Shown: positions 1 through 11,522 of the stretch, in pieces | Layout: each line of letters starts with the position of its first letter | How positions within the stretch are numbered: position 1 is the stretch's first letter | Origin: Felis catus | Taxonomy: Eukaryota | Direction: 5' to 3' | Assembly (NCBI RefSeq): GCF_018350175.1 | Contig: NC_058368.1 | Coordinates: forward strand, 129,706,001 to 129,770,000 | Length of the DNA: 64,000 bases | Notes under the pieces: generated by a model | What the model saw: the letters and a program-made list of their open reading frames with translations, nothing else | What the model was told of the DNA's origin: nothing | Database searches by the model: none | Translations under genes and position numbers: made by a program

Positions 1-47
1 ACCTGAACCAGTCAGATGCTTAACCAACTGAGCCACCCAGGTGCCCC
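1..47 (-). mobile_element. Can-SINE 5' head (cut by the window edge)
   Basis: cttaaccaactgagccacccaggtgcccc is the reverse complement of the Can-SINE tRNA-like head. Confidence 0.85.
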
Positions 48-400
48 TACAATATTACTGACTACATTCCCTGTGTTGTAGTTTTCAGCCCAGTGACTTA
101 TCTATTTTATAAATGGATAAAAAAAAATCCCCTTTGTTTATTTCATCTCTCCCACCCACGTTCCCTCTGGCAATCACCAGTTTGTTCTGTGTTTTTAGGA
201 ATCTGTTTCTTGGATTATTTCTTTTTTTGTTTGTTTTGTTTTTTAGATTCCACATATGAGGGAAATCATACAGTATTTGTCTTTGTCTGACTTATTTCAC
301 TTAGCAAAATACCCTCTAGATCCATTCATGTTGTCCCAAATGGCAAGATCTCATTTTTTATGGCTCAGTAGTATTCCATTGTATGTGTATGTGTGGAATC

Positions 401-645
401 TTTTTTTTTTTTAACAAGTGTCGGAAGCTTTTTTTTTTTTAATGTTTATTTATTTTTGAGACAGAGAGAGACAGAGCATGAGTGGAGGAGGGGCAGAAAG
501 AGAGAGGGAAACACAGAATCCGAAGCAGGCTCCCGGCTCTGAGCTGTCAGCACAGAGTCCGACACGGGGCTTGAACCCACGAGCTGTGAGATCATGACCT
601 GAGCCAAAGTCGGACACCCAACTGACTGAGCTACCCAGGTGCCCC
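401..645 (-). mobile_element. Can-SINE (SINEC_Fc2-like) with a double A-tail
   Basis: Full head, (CT)n region and AATAAA on the minus strand; two T12 runs at 401-412 and 429-440. Confidence 0.92.
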
Positions 646-1252
646 ACAGCACATCTTCTTTATCCATTCATCTATCATTGGACACTTGGGCTGCTTCCTT
701 ATCTTGTTTATTGTAAATAATGCTGCTATAAACATAGGGGTGCAAATAAATTTTCAAATTAGTGCTTTTATTTTCTTGGGGCAAATACCTAGTATTTGGG
801 GAGTTACTGGATCATATGGTATTCCTATTTTTAATTTTTTGAGGAAGCTCCATATGTTTTTCTATAGTGGCTGCACCAATTTACATTTCCACCAACAGTG
901 CCCAAGGGTTCCTTTTTCTCTACATCCTAACTAACACTTGTTATTTATTATCCTTTTTGAGTCTAGCCAATCTGACCAGTATAAGGTAATATCTCATTTA
1001 TGGTTTTGATTTGCATTTCCCTGATGACTGATGTTGAGCATCTTTCCATATGTCTCTTGGCCATCTTCTTTGGAGAAATGTTTATTCAGGGCCTCTGGCC
1101 GTTTTTGATCAGATTATTTGGTGTTTTTTGGTGTTCAGTTGTATAAAATCTTTGTGTATTTTGGATATTAACCCTCGTATCATTTGCAAATCTTCTCCCA
1201 TTGAGTAGGTTGCCTTTTTGTTTTATTGATGAGTTCTGTTACTATACAGAAG

Positions 1253-1254
<2 letters not shown>

Positions 1255-1283
<29 letters not shown>
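1255..1283. repeat. (GT)n microsatellite
   Basis: Direct reading. Confidence 0.95.
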
Positions 1284-1287
<4 letters not shown>

Positions 1288-1729
1288 CCCGGTAGTTTAT
1301 TTCTGCATTAGTTTCCCTTGCCTGAGGGGACATATCTAGAAAAATGCTGCTACGACCTGTGTCAAAGAGATTACTGCCTATGCTTTCTTCTAGGAGTTTT
1401 ATGGTTTCAAGTCATATATTTAGGTCTTTAATTCATTTTGAGTTTATTTATGTGTGTGGTGATATAAAAAAAAAAAAAATGGTCCAGTTTCATTCTTTTG
1501 CATGTAGCTGTCCAGATTTCCTAGCCCTGTTTTTCCCCATTGCATATTCTGCCTCCTTTGTTGTAGAGTAATTGACCATATAAATGTGAGTTTATTTCTG
1601 GGCTCTGTTTTGTGTATTTCTTAAGCTAGCCATCTTATTTCTTTCTTTAGAAATGCAGCAGGATGGACATGAGTAAATGAATACACAATTGTTAAACTTC
1701 TGCGCACTCCACATAGCTCAGATTCTGTT

Positions 1730-1985
1730 ACCGCCTCTAGGGAGTCTTCCTTAAGCCGCCCCTTCCTCTGCCTGAGTCGCATTTAGATGATCTCCTATGT
1801 ACTCACATATCATCTGCTCGCCTCTACAATCACCAAAATAGTGGCTTGCTTCCTTGGCTGCCTTTTCCACTTCCTTTTTTCAAGAGAAGGGATCACATCT
1901 TACTTACCACCAGTGGATCCACAGGAGTGCCTTACACATCCCAAGCCTTCAGTAAATGTTTGTTGAAGGAGTGAATAAATGACCA
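1730..1985 (+). mobile_element. L2 LINE 3' end fragment
   Basis: Ends in cagtaaatgtttgttgaaggagtgaataaatga, like the L2 terminus. Confidence 0.6.
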
Positions 1986-2083
1986 CTTGCAAGTCATGCC
2001 TCTTACAAATTAACTCCCTTCCAACACTTCCATAGCTAATTGCCTGGGACAGTTTGGGAATATTTTAAAATCTCAGAAGGGTC

Positions 2084-2326
2084 AGGGCTACCTGCGGGGC
2101 TCAGTCGGTTGAACGTCCGACTTCGGCTCAGGTCATGATGTCATAATCTCACGGTTTGTGAGTTCGAGCCCCACGTCAGGCTCTGTGCTGACAGCTCCGA
2201 GCCCGGAACCTGCTTCGGATTCTGTGTCTCATTCTTTCTCTGCCCCTCATCCACTTGTGCTCTGTCTCTCTCTGTCTCTCAAAAACAACAAAATGTAAAA
2301 AAAAAAAAAAAAAAAAAGTTTTTTTT
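2084..2326 (+). mobile_element. Can-SINE with 16-bp TSD
   Basis: Head, CT region and A-tail; TSD aaatctcagaagggtc at 2068-2083 and 2327-2342. Confidence 0.93.
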
Positions 2327-2607
2327 AAATCTCAGAAGGGTCTCTGGCTCACCTACCAGGGGATGATGTGTTTCACGTTGACGCTTGTGCTCTTATTCGT
2401 GCCACTGCTCACCCAAAGAAGGCTTGCCTCTCCTTTTTGCCAATGTCAAGTTGGCTTTTGTTTCAGTGCCACTGGAAACACTCCAGTGAAAAAGGATAAG
2501 TCCTTTTTCATTTTTTTCCAGCTCATTGTGATCTTTTATCCTTTGAACCACTTAAACATCTAAGGTGTATATCATTAATCTGACAACCCCCATATACTGC
2601 TAAATAC

Positions 2608-2742
2608 TTTATTTTTTTTTTAATTTTTTGATTTCAGGAGTAGAATTTAGTGATTCATCACTTCCATATAACACCCAGTGCTCATGCCAACAAGTGCCCT
2701 CCTTAATGTCCCTCACCCAACACATCCTCCAGCAACCCTCAG
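2608..2742 (-). mobile_element. Short 5'-truncated carnivore L1 (3' tip only)
   Basis: T-tail followed by gtagaatttagtgattcatcactt...cacccagtgctcat...caagtgccctccttaatg; imperfect TSD taaatacttt / taaacaccttt. Confidence 0.8.
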
Positions 2743-2989
2743 TTAAACACCTTTTGTATATTGTTGTATATAACCTTTACATACCTGCAGTCCTGTAGTT
2801 CAGTTCATGTTTATTTCTTGGTCCCCTAGCTCATACAGCATATTCTCTGAAGTAGTTGCCAAGTCTTGGTGACCATGGCCTTTTCTGCAACATTTTACAC
2901 GCATGTATCCACAGATGTTTTTTAACGGACTTGAAGCAAAGAGATGCCATTTTAGGAGCTGTATTCTCTGTTTGCCACCCCCACCAACT

Positions 2990-3430
2990 CCCTACTTCCT
3001 GACCCCCTCCATTTTCTGTCTTCTCTGCCTTTCTCCAAGGGAAGCTAACACCTTCCAACTTTCTCACTAGGGCTCCTTTGCCTTCTGGCTCCCATTTGAG
3101 TTCAGCCAATAGAACCACTTTCCTGACTGGTCTCACACTCAGGAGACCAGTGATGGCAGGACAGAGTCGTAGGAATTGCTTCCCTTCCTTGACCAGTCTG
3201 ATTGTTTGAGTCCTTCCAGGACTGGCCTCTCTAGAGTCACCCCTCAAGGCCCTACTTCTCCCCTGGGCTCCCATAACATCATTTTCTCCCTTTGTCCATT
3301 CAGGCGGGATCTCTGCTTCCTTTGTTGATTGTCCTGCCCTGCCCACACTTTGGTAAATAATCCTTTCATTAAGATCTCTCCAAAATCCCAGCAGAGTGTG
3401 CTGTTTCTTGCTAGGACCTTGACTGATACA
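2990..3430 (+). mobile_element. ERVL solo LTR (LTR33-like)
   Basis: 3' end gagtgtgctgtttcttgctaggaccttgactgataca; similar to the copy at 9140-9564. Confidence 0.7.
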
Positions 3431-3458
3431 GGAGCTTTCAATTTAGTTGGGATGAGAC

Positions 3459-3592
3459 TAGGGTACCTTTATAAGGGATCACCCAAAACAGGACACTTTT
3501 GAAAGGGAAAAGGAGCAATATTAATCATTCTCCTCTGGCAACAGGCATAAAGCAGAAATGCCTCAGGCAGCCTGGAATGGATGGACATCCTA
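3459..3592 (+). mobile_element. hAT-Blackjack MITE (MER81-like)
   Basis: Termini tagggt...catccta; internal caggacacttttgaaagggaaaagg...caacaggcataaa. Confidence 0.65.
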
Positions 3593-4989
3593 GGTAAGTC
3601 AGACACATAAAAAGATAACTGTTCTAATGAAAAGATAAAACATTTCTAAAAGAGGTAATATTTCAGGATAGTGTAAGCTAAGTGTCAAAGGGTGGAAGAG
3701 ACTTTCAGTGCCATAGCTGTGCCAAGAAAAGGGAGATCATTTCTCCTAGGGGATGGCAGCTGAGATCAGCATGATGCTCAGTGTTCCTCCAGCTAAATGA
3801 AGTCACGCAATCCATGCGTGCTTGGCCCGTTTTGTAGATTTCCTCCAGGAAATCTCATTCCCAGTGTAGACCCACCTCCACCCTGATACACACCCAGTGT
3901 AACTCATACCGTGTCTTTCTATTATTCCAGGTTTTTAGGGAAAACAGATTAATTTAAATTTTAGTCAATTATTCCTTTTAAAAAACACTAAATTCATTCC
4001 TGGTTCAGCTGTAAATCACTGCAGATATGTGCTATTTTTAATTTTTTAAACCCTGGTTTAGCTTCATTTTGCAAAGATATCTGAGAGGTGACTAATAAGC
4101 TTTCCTTGGAAATTCAGACATCCTACTAATAATAGCATAAAGCCTAATAAGTAATCAAGAAACCCTTTTTTTCCCCCACTGTGTGTATGTGTGTATATGT
4201 TGCTCTCTAAACAAAGGATTTGACACTTCACAAATATCAAAAGGCTTGTCCCCCCTCAGCACAGGGAATCCAGACTCACAGCTTCCCCCACTTGTAGCTG
4301 ATTCAAAACCACTTGGCAAGGAAGTGTTTCTAACCCTCATGCTGCCAGTAGACGCAAGTTGCTATGAGCCCCAGTGTGTGACTCCAGGCTTGCCAAATCA
4401 CCGCTTTGTTCAGGCATTTCATGCAAATGAGACAGTTCATAAAAACACTGCACCCCTGTCTGGAAGCAGAGAGTACCACATAGACTAGTGCAAGAGTTGC
4501 TTTTCTCCTACTTGCCAGCCAGCCCGTGCTGGTTAGGTTTAGACCAGTGAGAGCTGGGGGAGATTCAGAGAGTATCCTACGGCCCCAAGAACAGGAGAGG
4601 AAAGCCACAACTGAAAATAAAAAGCAGGTGCGGAAGTTGGAGGGAAATGGTACGGATCCAGGCAGACAGGAGGGAGGAAAGACAGCAGCAAAGTCAGGGA
4701 AGAGATATCAGAGATGCCAGTCACATGGGCAGCCTCTTCTTCCACGCTGGCAAGCCATTAAGATCTGAAAGGAGCAGTGTGCACAGAGCGATTTCAGCAC
4801 GATGCACGGTGCAGGCCTGAGACAAGAAAAGCTGCAGTGTGCCTTCGATTGCAGAAAAATTAGAACTGACCTAAGTGGGTTTACACATCTAATTCATTTC
4901 AGGCCCAGTCCAGATTCTTCCAAGGTACTTGAGCCTCCTGCTCGCTCTATCACCGGGGAAGATCTCTTGCTGCTGTGATGGTCAGTGGA

Positions 4990-5032
<43 letters not shown>
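4990..5032. repeat. (TCTG)n(TC)n microsatellite
   Basis: Direct reading. Confidence 0.9.
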
Positions 5033-5034
<2 letters not shown>

Positions 5035-5369
5035 GGTACACAGTACACATAGTAGTCTGCAGGAGGAAAGGGAGCACCGGAAAGTCCCTGATGAGAATAT
5101 TCTGGGTCCATATGGGGTGTAACATTCTGTCAGTCTGTGAATTTTAAACACCACCCTAAGGCCCCACACTAATCCTTCAATTATGGGCCATTGCCTGCTG
5201 TGCTTTGCATGCATTATGTGAAATAGATTATAACTAATTTTTCCAAGTCAGCAGATTGTTATTTACCCATATGTTGACAGTTTGAAGAGGCAGAAACCGG
5301 TGTCAGCTACTCCATGAAAAACACTACACCTCCTCAAAAGTCTTCATTAGCAACATCTATATGGTTTTT

Positions 5370-5720
5370 CCTTTTAAAATTATATTAAAATAATTTTAGA
5401 TGTAACATAAAATAATACAATTTTTACGTAATATATGGTACAATTATAAAATTGTATAATCTAGACACAAATATTTTGACAACACATGCTCTATAGCTAT
5501 AGAAGTTTTTATTAAAATATAAAACAAATATATAAAATAATTTATATTAGAAATATTATATTGTATATTATATGGAAGTAATTTTATAGTGTATAAAATA
5601 TGTATATATAATAAACACTATATTATAAAATTATATAAATAATTTCATTATAATTTTTAAAGTAAAAGCCAATGTAAAGGTTAATCTGTGTATGTGTGCT
5701 ATATAATGATAAAAATCTTT
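5370..5720. repeat. AT-rich low-complexity tract
   Basis: Almost entirely A/T, with degenerate TA repeats. Confidence 0.75.
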
Positions 5721-6077
5721 TCTAAAATGTGCAAAGGATCTACATTGCAAAATGCCAACATGTGTATGTGCATTTTAGAAATAAACCATTACGATTCTAT
5801 ATTATTGGCAAATAATTACATTTTTGTACAATTTCATTTCCATTCATCTCACAAACACATTATGAAGCCCACTTTGCAATAGGCACTATGCTATACATCC
5901 TGATATAAGGTCCTGTAAGGTAGAACCCCTGTTCTCAGGAGTTTTGTTGACCCCTTTGAGGGAACAAGTTCCTTCACGTTACAATAAATGTCTTGATAGG
6001 TATTTGTTCAGGTGCCAGAGGAGTGGATTCTGGGAAGATTTTTTTCAAAGACGATCTCAATGGGAACTGCATTGTTG

Positions 6078-6080
6078 TTT

Positions 6081-6122
<42 letters not shown>

Positions 6123-6338
6123 TTTCTTTCTTTCTTTTTTTAATGTCTATTTTTGGGAGAGAGAGAGAGAGATCACAAGTGAGGGAGGGGCAGAGAGAGA
6201 GGGAGACACAGAATCTGAAGCAGGCTCCAGGCTCTGCGTTGTCAGCACAGTCCGATGTGGGGCTCAGACCCACAGAGTGTGAGATCATGACCTGACCCAA
6301 AGTCAGACGCTTAACCAACTGAGCCACCCAGGCACCCC
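6078..6338 (-). mobile_element. Can-SINE with (TTTC)n tail microsatellite
   Basis: Complete minus-strand SINE; (TTTC)n at about 6078-6135. Confidence 0.92.
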
Positions 6339-6339
6339 A

Positions 6340-7300
6340 GAAGCTGAGTGTTGAAGGATGATGAAGAGCTTGTTGAAGAAGGGACGAAGGGGAAAGTGTA
6401 TTCATACAGAGGGTAGAGGGAACCATGTCTTGCTAAGGGACATCGCTCTGCCTAATGCCTTTATGCCCAGGGCTCATGGTAGACCTTGAATAATGACTGA
6501 CAACGAGACTGCATAGACAAGGTCCGCATCATTAGGGGCCTAGTATGCTAACCTGGGAGCCATGGGAAGATTTTAAACAGTAATATAGCATGATCAGATG
6601 GTAGAGGGGAAAAAAAAAGATGAGTTTAAGAAGAAGGGTTATAGAATGACACTAGAGACTTTAAGTCACCCATGGAAGAAGAGATAGAGACAGTGGAAAG
6701 AGATGAGATTAATCAGTCTGTTCAGGAGTGGGAATCTAACGTCTTAGAGCTGCTTGGATATGGGGAATTAGTGAGAGGAAGAAGTTATCTAGGTTGTCTC
6801 TCCAATTTCAGACTAAGATGAGTAGCGGTACTATTTGTGAATACAGGACTACTGGAGCATAAACAGTCTACCACTGTTGGTTATTTTCATTTTGGGGTTT
6901 TTGGGAGAAGGGTGTGGAGATAAAACATTCCATTTGGGAATGTTCTTGTTTGAGAAACTCTATGACTCCACAGCCCAGAGCACAGTGTGAACTGTAAGCT
7001 CCAAAACTGGACCTGGCCAGCATATGAGCAGATATGGGTACATGTAATGGGGTCGCCTAGGAAAAGTGAGGAAATGTGGAAGAACAAAGGCCAAGGATAG
7101 AATCTTGGGGTCCACCGCCAAGGGCAATACGCACAGATAATACAGGAGTAGCCAAAAAGGTAGAAAGAAAAACAGTATATTTTTTCTTTGAAATGCAATA
7201 AGGAAAAGGGCTCGAGGAGAGATGGAATTTTAGAGTGTCAGATACATTGGAATCAAGAAAGGTTTTTTAAACAGGGAAAAGTGCTTCTTGCTTTAGCAAT
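6340..7300 (-). mobile_element. Degraded L2 LINE
   Basis: Purine-rich L2-like phrases (agcatgatcagat, ttggatatgggg, catttgggaatgtt...tttgag). Confidence 0.55.
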
Positions 7301-7489
7301 GCATTTCAGTGTGCAGAGAAAAAATTAACTTTCTGGTATATAATTAATCGATAAACTTTAGTGTGGCAATTTCATACCGACGTAATCACTGGACTTTAAC
7401 TCCACATATATTCTAATCTCAAGATGATGGGTAAAAGATCATTCCTCTCAAAAAGCAGAACTGCCTTAAAGTGACTGACTTTATATGGT

Positions 7490-7800
7490 GTCGCAGATGC
7501 CACAAGATGCTGAGAAGGAATTGAGTGTGAGATGTTCATGAGAGATCCACCCTGAAGGAAGGAAAGGAAGGAAGGTGGAACAGAGGGAGGAAGTCTTACA
7601 GCAGGCGGAAATGCCTGCGCCTTTCTATCCTGTCCCACTCAGTCCCTGGATACGCGCTGTCCCTGGAAGGGCACGGCTTCGGGAGGTGGTCTCTCTAGCT
7701 GAGGCAGACCCTGAAGGAGCAAACAGCTGGAGAGCTCTGCCACTGCTGGGCAACAAGGGTATCTGGGCAGCGTGCATTTGTTTGAACCCCACGTGGCTTG
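7490..7800 (-). mobile_element. ERVL solo LTR (LTR16A-like)
   Basis: ctctctagctgaggcagaccctgaagg...cagctgg; the reverse complement resembles 31855-32070. Confidence 0.6.
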
Positions 7801-8619
7801 CAGTGCCTTTAGCCACACGTGGGAAGCAGAGCTTCATCCAGCTATGATCAGGGGTAGCTGAAGTAGCCAACTGTTTGTTCTTTGCTCTATATCCGCATTA
7901 TGAGGCCATTTCTCTGACCTTACAAATATGAAACAAGTTCTGATGATAAAAAGACATTAAGTTATGCTCCTATGACATTGGTCATGTGGGTGTAAAAACC
8001 TGGACTAGACAAGAAGGTTATAATTACATTTGGTTTTGGAATTAAGTGCCGGATATAGTTTATATCTGAAGGAAAAGAGGAAAACAAATTTAAGTATGAG
8101 ACAATAAAGCAATCGAGCTGTTCAATAATATCTAAAACAACTGAGCTGCTCAGTAACGTCTAAAACAAAGTTTGGATTACACAGGTTGAGAGGAATGTCA
8201 TTTAATAAATGTTTTGCAGAAAATGCTTTGCAATTGGGCAGCCCTGAGAAAGTAGAATGAAGCAATCATAGTTGGTTATATATTGCATTTATACCATTTG
8301 ACATCTCCTCCCTTGCAAAATAAATTTCCTCTGTGCCAGCTGTAATTAGGGGCTGAGATAAAGCTGCCTTAATATTCTGCATATTTGATCAGGGCTGCCA
8401 GCAGCTGTCAGATCACTGGCTCTGTTCTCATGTACAATGAAAACATCAAAGACATCTGTGGTTTGCCCTAAAATTAGTGCCAGAATTGCCCTTCTTTCCT
8501 TTATTGTGTAACCAGCTTTGCTGTTTGCATAACTAACGAGGGAAACTCCAGACCCTGCCACTGGAACTGTGAAGGAAAATGACCAAGGCAAGACTGGAAA
8601 GTAGTGGATATGTCCTGTG

Positions 8620-8866
8620 TGCAGCATAAGGTCTCAGTGCCTGGGTTTGGGGAATTGCACAGACCCGGAGTTCAGACCCCAATCTCTACCACTTCCTTGT
8701 GGCTTTGGGCAACTTATTTAGATTCTCTCAGCCATGATGTCTTTTTTGGTGATATGAGAATGAGGATAGTACCTGTTTCATCGAGTTGTTGGGAAAAACA
8801 ATGAAGATAATGTCCATGAAGTACTCAGCACATGCCCAAGGTTTAGTATGCACTCAGTGAGTACTG
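8620..8866 (+). mobile_element. MIR SINE, near full length
   Basis: MIR core ctttgggcaacttattta...ctctcagcc...gatagtacctgtttcatcgagttgttggga...gtactcagcaca. Confidence 0.8.
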
Positions 8867-9139
8867 CAGTCTTCATTCCTTCATTTAGTGCCTTTTCGAA
8901 GAAATAATAACTTCAGTGGCCTTAAAATACTCATTTAGTGATCACACAAAAGTGTGAAGAGTCCATTGGGTTTAAGATCATAGATGGAACACATGCACAT
9001 GCACGTGACATACATATACCAGCAGTGCAGTGACAGAACTCCAGGCTGTCCTGCTTTCTCTAAATACCCCAAATGCTTTTCTTCTTTTTATACAGCGCCC
9101 TGGCAGTTTTTCCATTCTTCCTCCTGCCTCTTAAGATGT

Positions 9140-9564
9140 GCATTTTCAGAAACATGTGCTGGCTATCCTCCAACCGCCCCTCGAGCCCCCTATGCTATCC
9201 TGTTCCGTGTCCTGGAAGGCTGACTGAAATGGAATTGCCTTCTGGTTTCCTGATGGGTCGGGCCAGTGGGGAGCCTTGGGAGGAAGTAGAAAAAAGGGAA
9301 GAGAGTGAGGTCAAGCTATTCTTCCCCGTGGATCCCTCTTTGGGGAGTGTTCAACATGGGTTCTGGCAGCTGCACACCTTGCTCCACGAAGCTCAGTGGA
9401 GGTCAACAGCTCCCAGTTGTCATTAACCCTGGGGTACTTCGGCATCTCTTGTCAGTTTCTTGAAACTCTGCTCAGTCCTTTGTGAACAGTCCCTTAATGA
9501 AGCTCTTCTCAGTGACCCAGCGTGAGTGTGCCATCTGTTTCCTGCCAGGATCCACACTGATACA
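9140..9564 (+). mobile_element. ERVL solo LTR (LTR33-like)
   Basis: Ends gagtgtgccatctgtttcctgccaggatccacactgataca. Confidence 0.7.
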
Positions 9565-10059
9565 GACATCTCAGGCTCCTCTAAGTTGCATCTCTTCTAA
9601 CTCATTTTTTTCACCTCTCCAACCAAGCCCCTGGCTTCCAAGGAGGCAAAGACTTTTTTTCATGAGGGGGAGTGGGGAATGTATAGGGGAACTTGGGGAA
9701 TATTACTTCATAATTTTTGTCTCATATGAGACCAAATAGAGATAACATGGATACATTTTTCTGGATACAAAGAAAATCTATAAAGAGTGCTTAATCCTGG
9801 GGAATCGGGAGTGGGGTCAAAAGGGAAAGGTAGGCTGTCACGTTTTTTCTTCATGCATACTTTTGTTTGATTTTTGTTTCTATAGGCAGTTATTACTTTT
9901 GCCTCCAAAAAACATATATGTATACACACACATTATACATTGTGTGTATGTATATATGTATATTTGTTATACATAAAATGAAATGTATTAAAATATTTAA
10001 AATACATATAAAAATATAATTTATATAGATATAATTTTTATATATGTAATTTTTTAAAG

Positions 10060-10305
10060 TTTTTTTTTAAATTTTTACTTATTTATTTATTTATTTTTTA
10101 GATGTTTATTTATATTTGAGAGAGACAGACGGACAGCGCCTGAGTGGGGCAGGGGCAGAGAGAGAAGGAGACACAGAATCTGAAGCAGGCTCCAGGCTCC
10201 GAGCTGTCAGCACAGAGCCTGATGTGGGGCTCGAACTCGCAAACCGTGAGATCATGACCTGAGCTGAAGTAAGACACCCAACCGACTGAGCCACCCAGGC
10301 GCCCC
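10060..10305 (-). mobile_element. Can-SINE
   Basis: Complete minus-strand copy. Confidence 0.92.
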
Positions 10306-11061
10306 TCGTTTTTTTTAAGTTTAAGGAACAAATAAAATTCCAGGACCTTCCTCCCAAAACTGTGAGTCAGTGGTTATAGAGTGGGGCCCTGAGATAAGAA
10401 CCTGAGATATGCTGGTGTAACCATTCTTGTGGAGCCACGTTGTGCATTTGTGTGCACGTGAGCCTCAGTTGATGTGGGCTGACAACCAGCCTATGATCCG
10501 TCCACCAAACCTCAAGACCTGACACTAAACCCCATCTCCTAGAAGAAGGGGTGGTTTTTACCAGTGTGCCCCAAAATGCTCTTAAGGACCAAGAGCAGCC
10601 CTCACCTGCTTGTCTGGGTCTGTGCTGATTTGCTGCCACTTGGAGATTTTGGGGTACTGTCTTCACTGCTTCTCCTAGTACTACAACCTGAACTTGGAGT
10701 TTGAAGTAGGGTTATGCTGATAATAACTTATATCTTGCCCATCTGTTTTCTTCACCCTGTCCCCAAACCCTGCTTTCACCAATCCTGCTCAAATCCCCAA
10801 TCTCTTGGCCTTTTCTAGGATTCTTTACTAGAACAGCTGTCTGCCCCCCAATTTTTCTGATCTTGACCATTTCATTGTTCCCTGAGCCCCAGCTTAGAAA
10901 CTCCAACAATTCTCTTGGACCTTCTTTTGAGTGTTTAAATAGCTTCTTTGCCACTAACCCCATTACTAGGAGTCATCTAACCTGAATTTAACTTGATTTT
11001 CAATCTCTCTTCATATCTGACTTTTTTTTCTTGAGTAGCTTCCATTTAGAAATGCATTGGA

Positions 11062-11221
11062 GGGCCCCTGGGTGACTCAGTCTGTTAAGAGTCTGACTTA
11101 GGCTCAGGTCATGATCTCGTGGTCCATCAGTTAAAGCCCTGCCTCGGGCTCTGTGCTGACAGTCTTGAGCCTGCTTCGTATTCTGTGTCTTCCTCCCTTT
11201 TTGTCCCTCCCCCACTCACAC

Positions 11222-11254
<33 letters not shown>

Positions 11255-11522
11255 GTCTCTCAAAAATAAATAAACATTAAACAAATTTAGAAATATGGGG
11301 CGCCTGGGTGGCTCAGTCGGTTAAGCCTCCAACTTCAGCTCAGGTCATGATCTCGTGGTTTGTGGGTTCAAGCCCCGTGTCAGGCTCTGTGCTGACAGCT
11401 ATGAGCCTGGAGCCTGCTTGGGATTCTGCATCTCCCTCTCTCTCTGCCCCTCCCCCCTCATGCTTTGTCTCTCTCTCTCTCTCCTTCAAAAATAAATAAA
11501 CGTCAAAACAAATTTTTAAAAA
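11062..11522 (+). mobile_element. Two tandem Can-SINEs (about 11062-11282 and 11297-11522)
   Basis: Two heads and two AATAAA tails; atttagaaat occurs before, between and after them. Confidence 0.92.

Larger units (their letters stand above)
48..1610 (-). mobile_element. L1 LINE 3' portion (3'UTR and ORF2 end), degraded, interrupted by a SINE and (GT)n
   Basis: Typical antisense L1 phrases (tccattcatgttgtcccaaatggcaag, ggttttgatttgcatttccctgatg, gagtaggttgcctttt). Confidence 0.9.

Noticed and set aside
2831..3346. 171-aa minus-strand ORF
   Set aside because: Mostly overlaps an LTR33-like relic, starts at a non-ATG codon and shows no recognisable homology.
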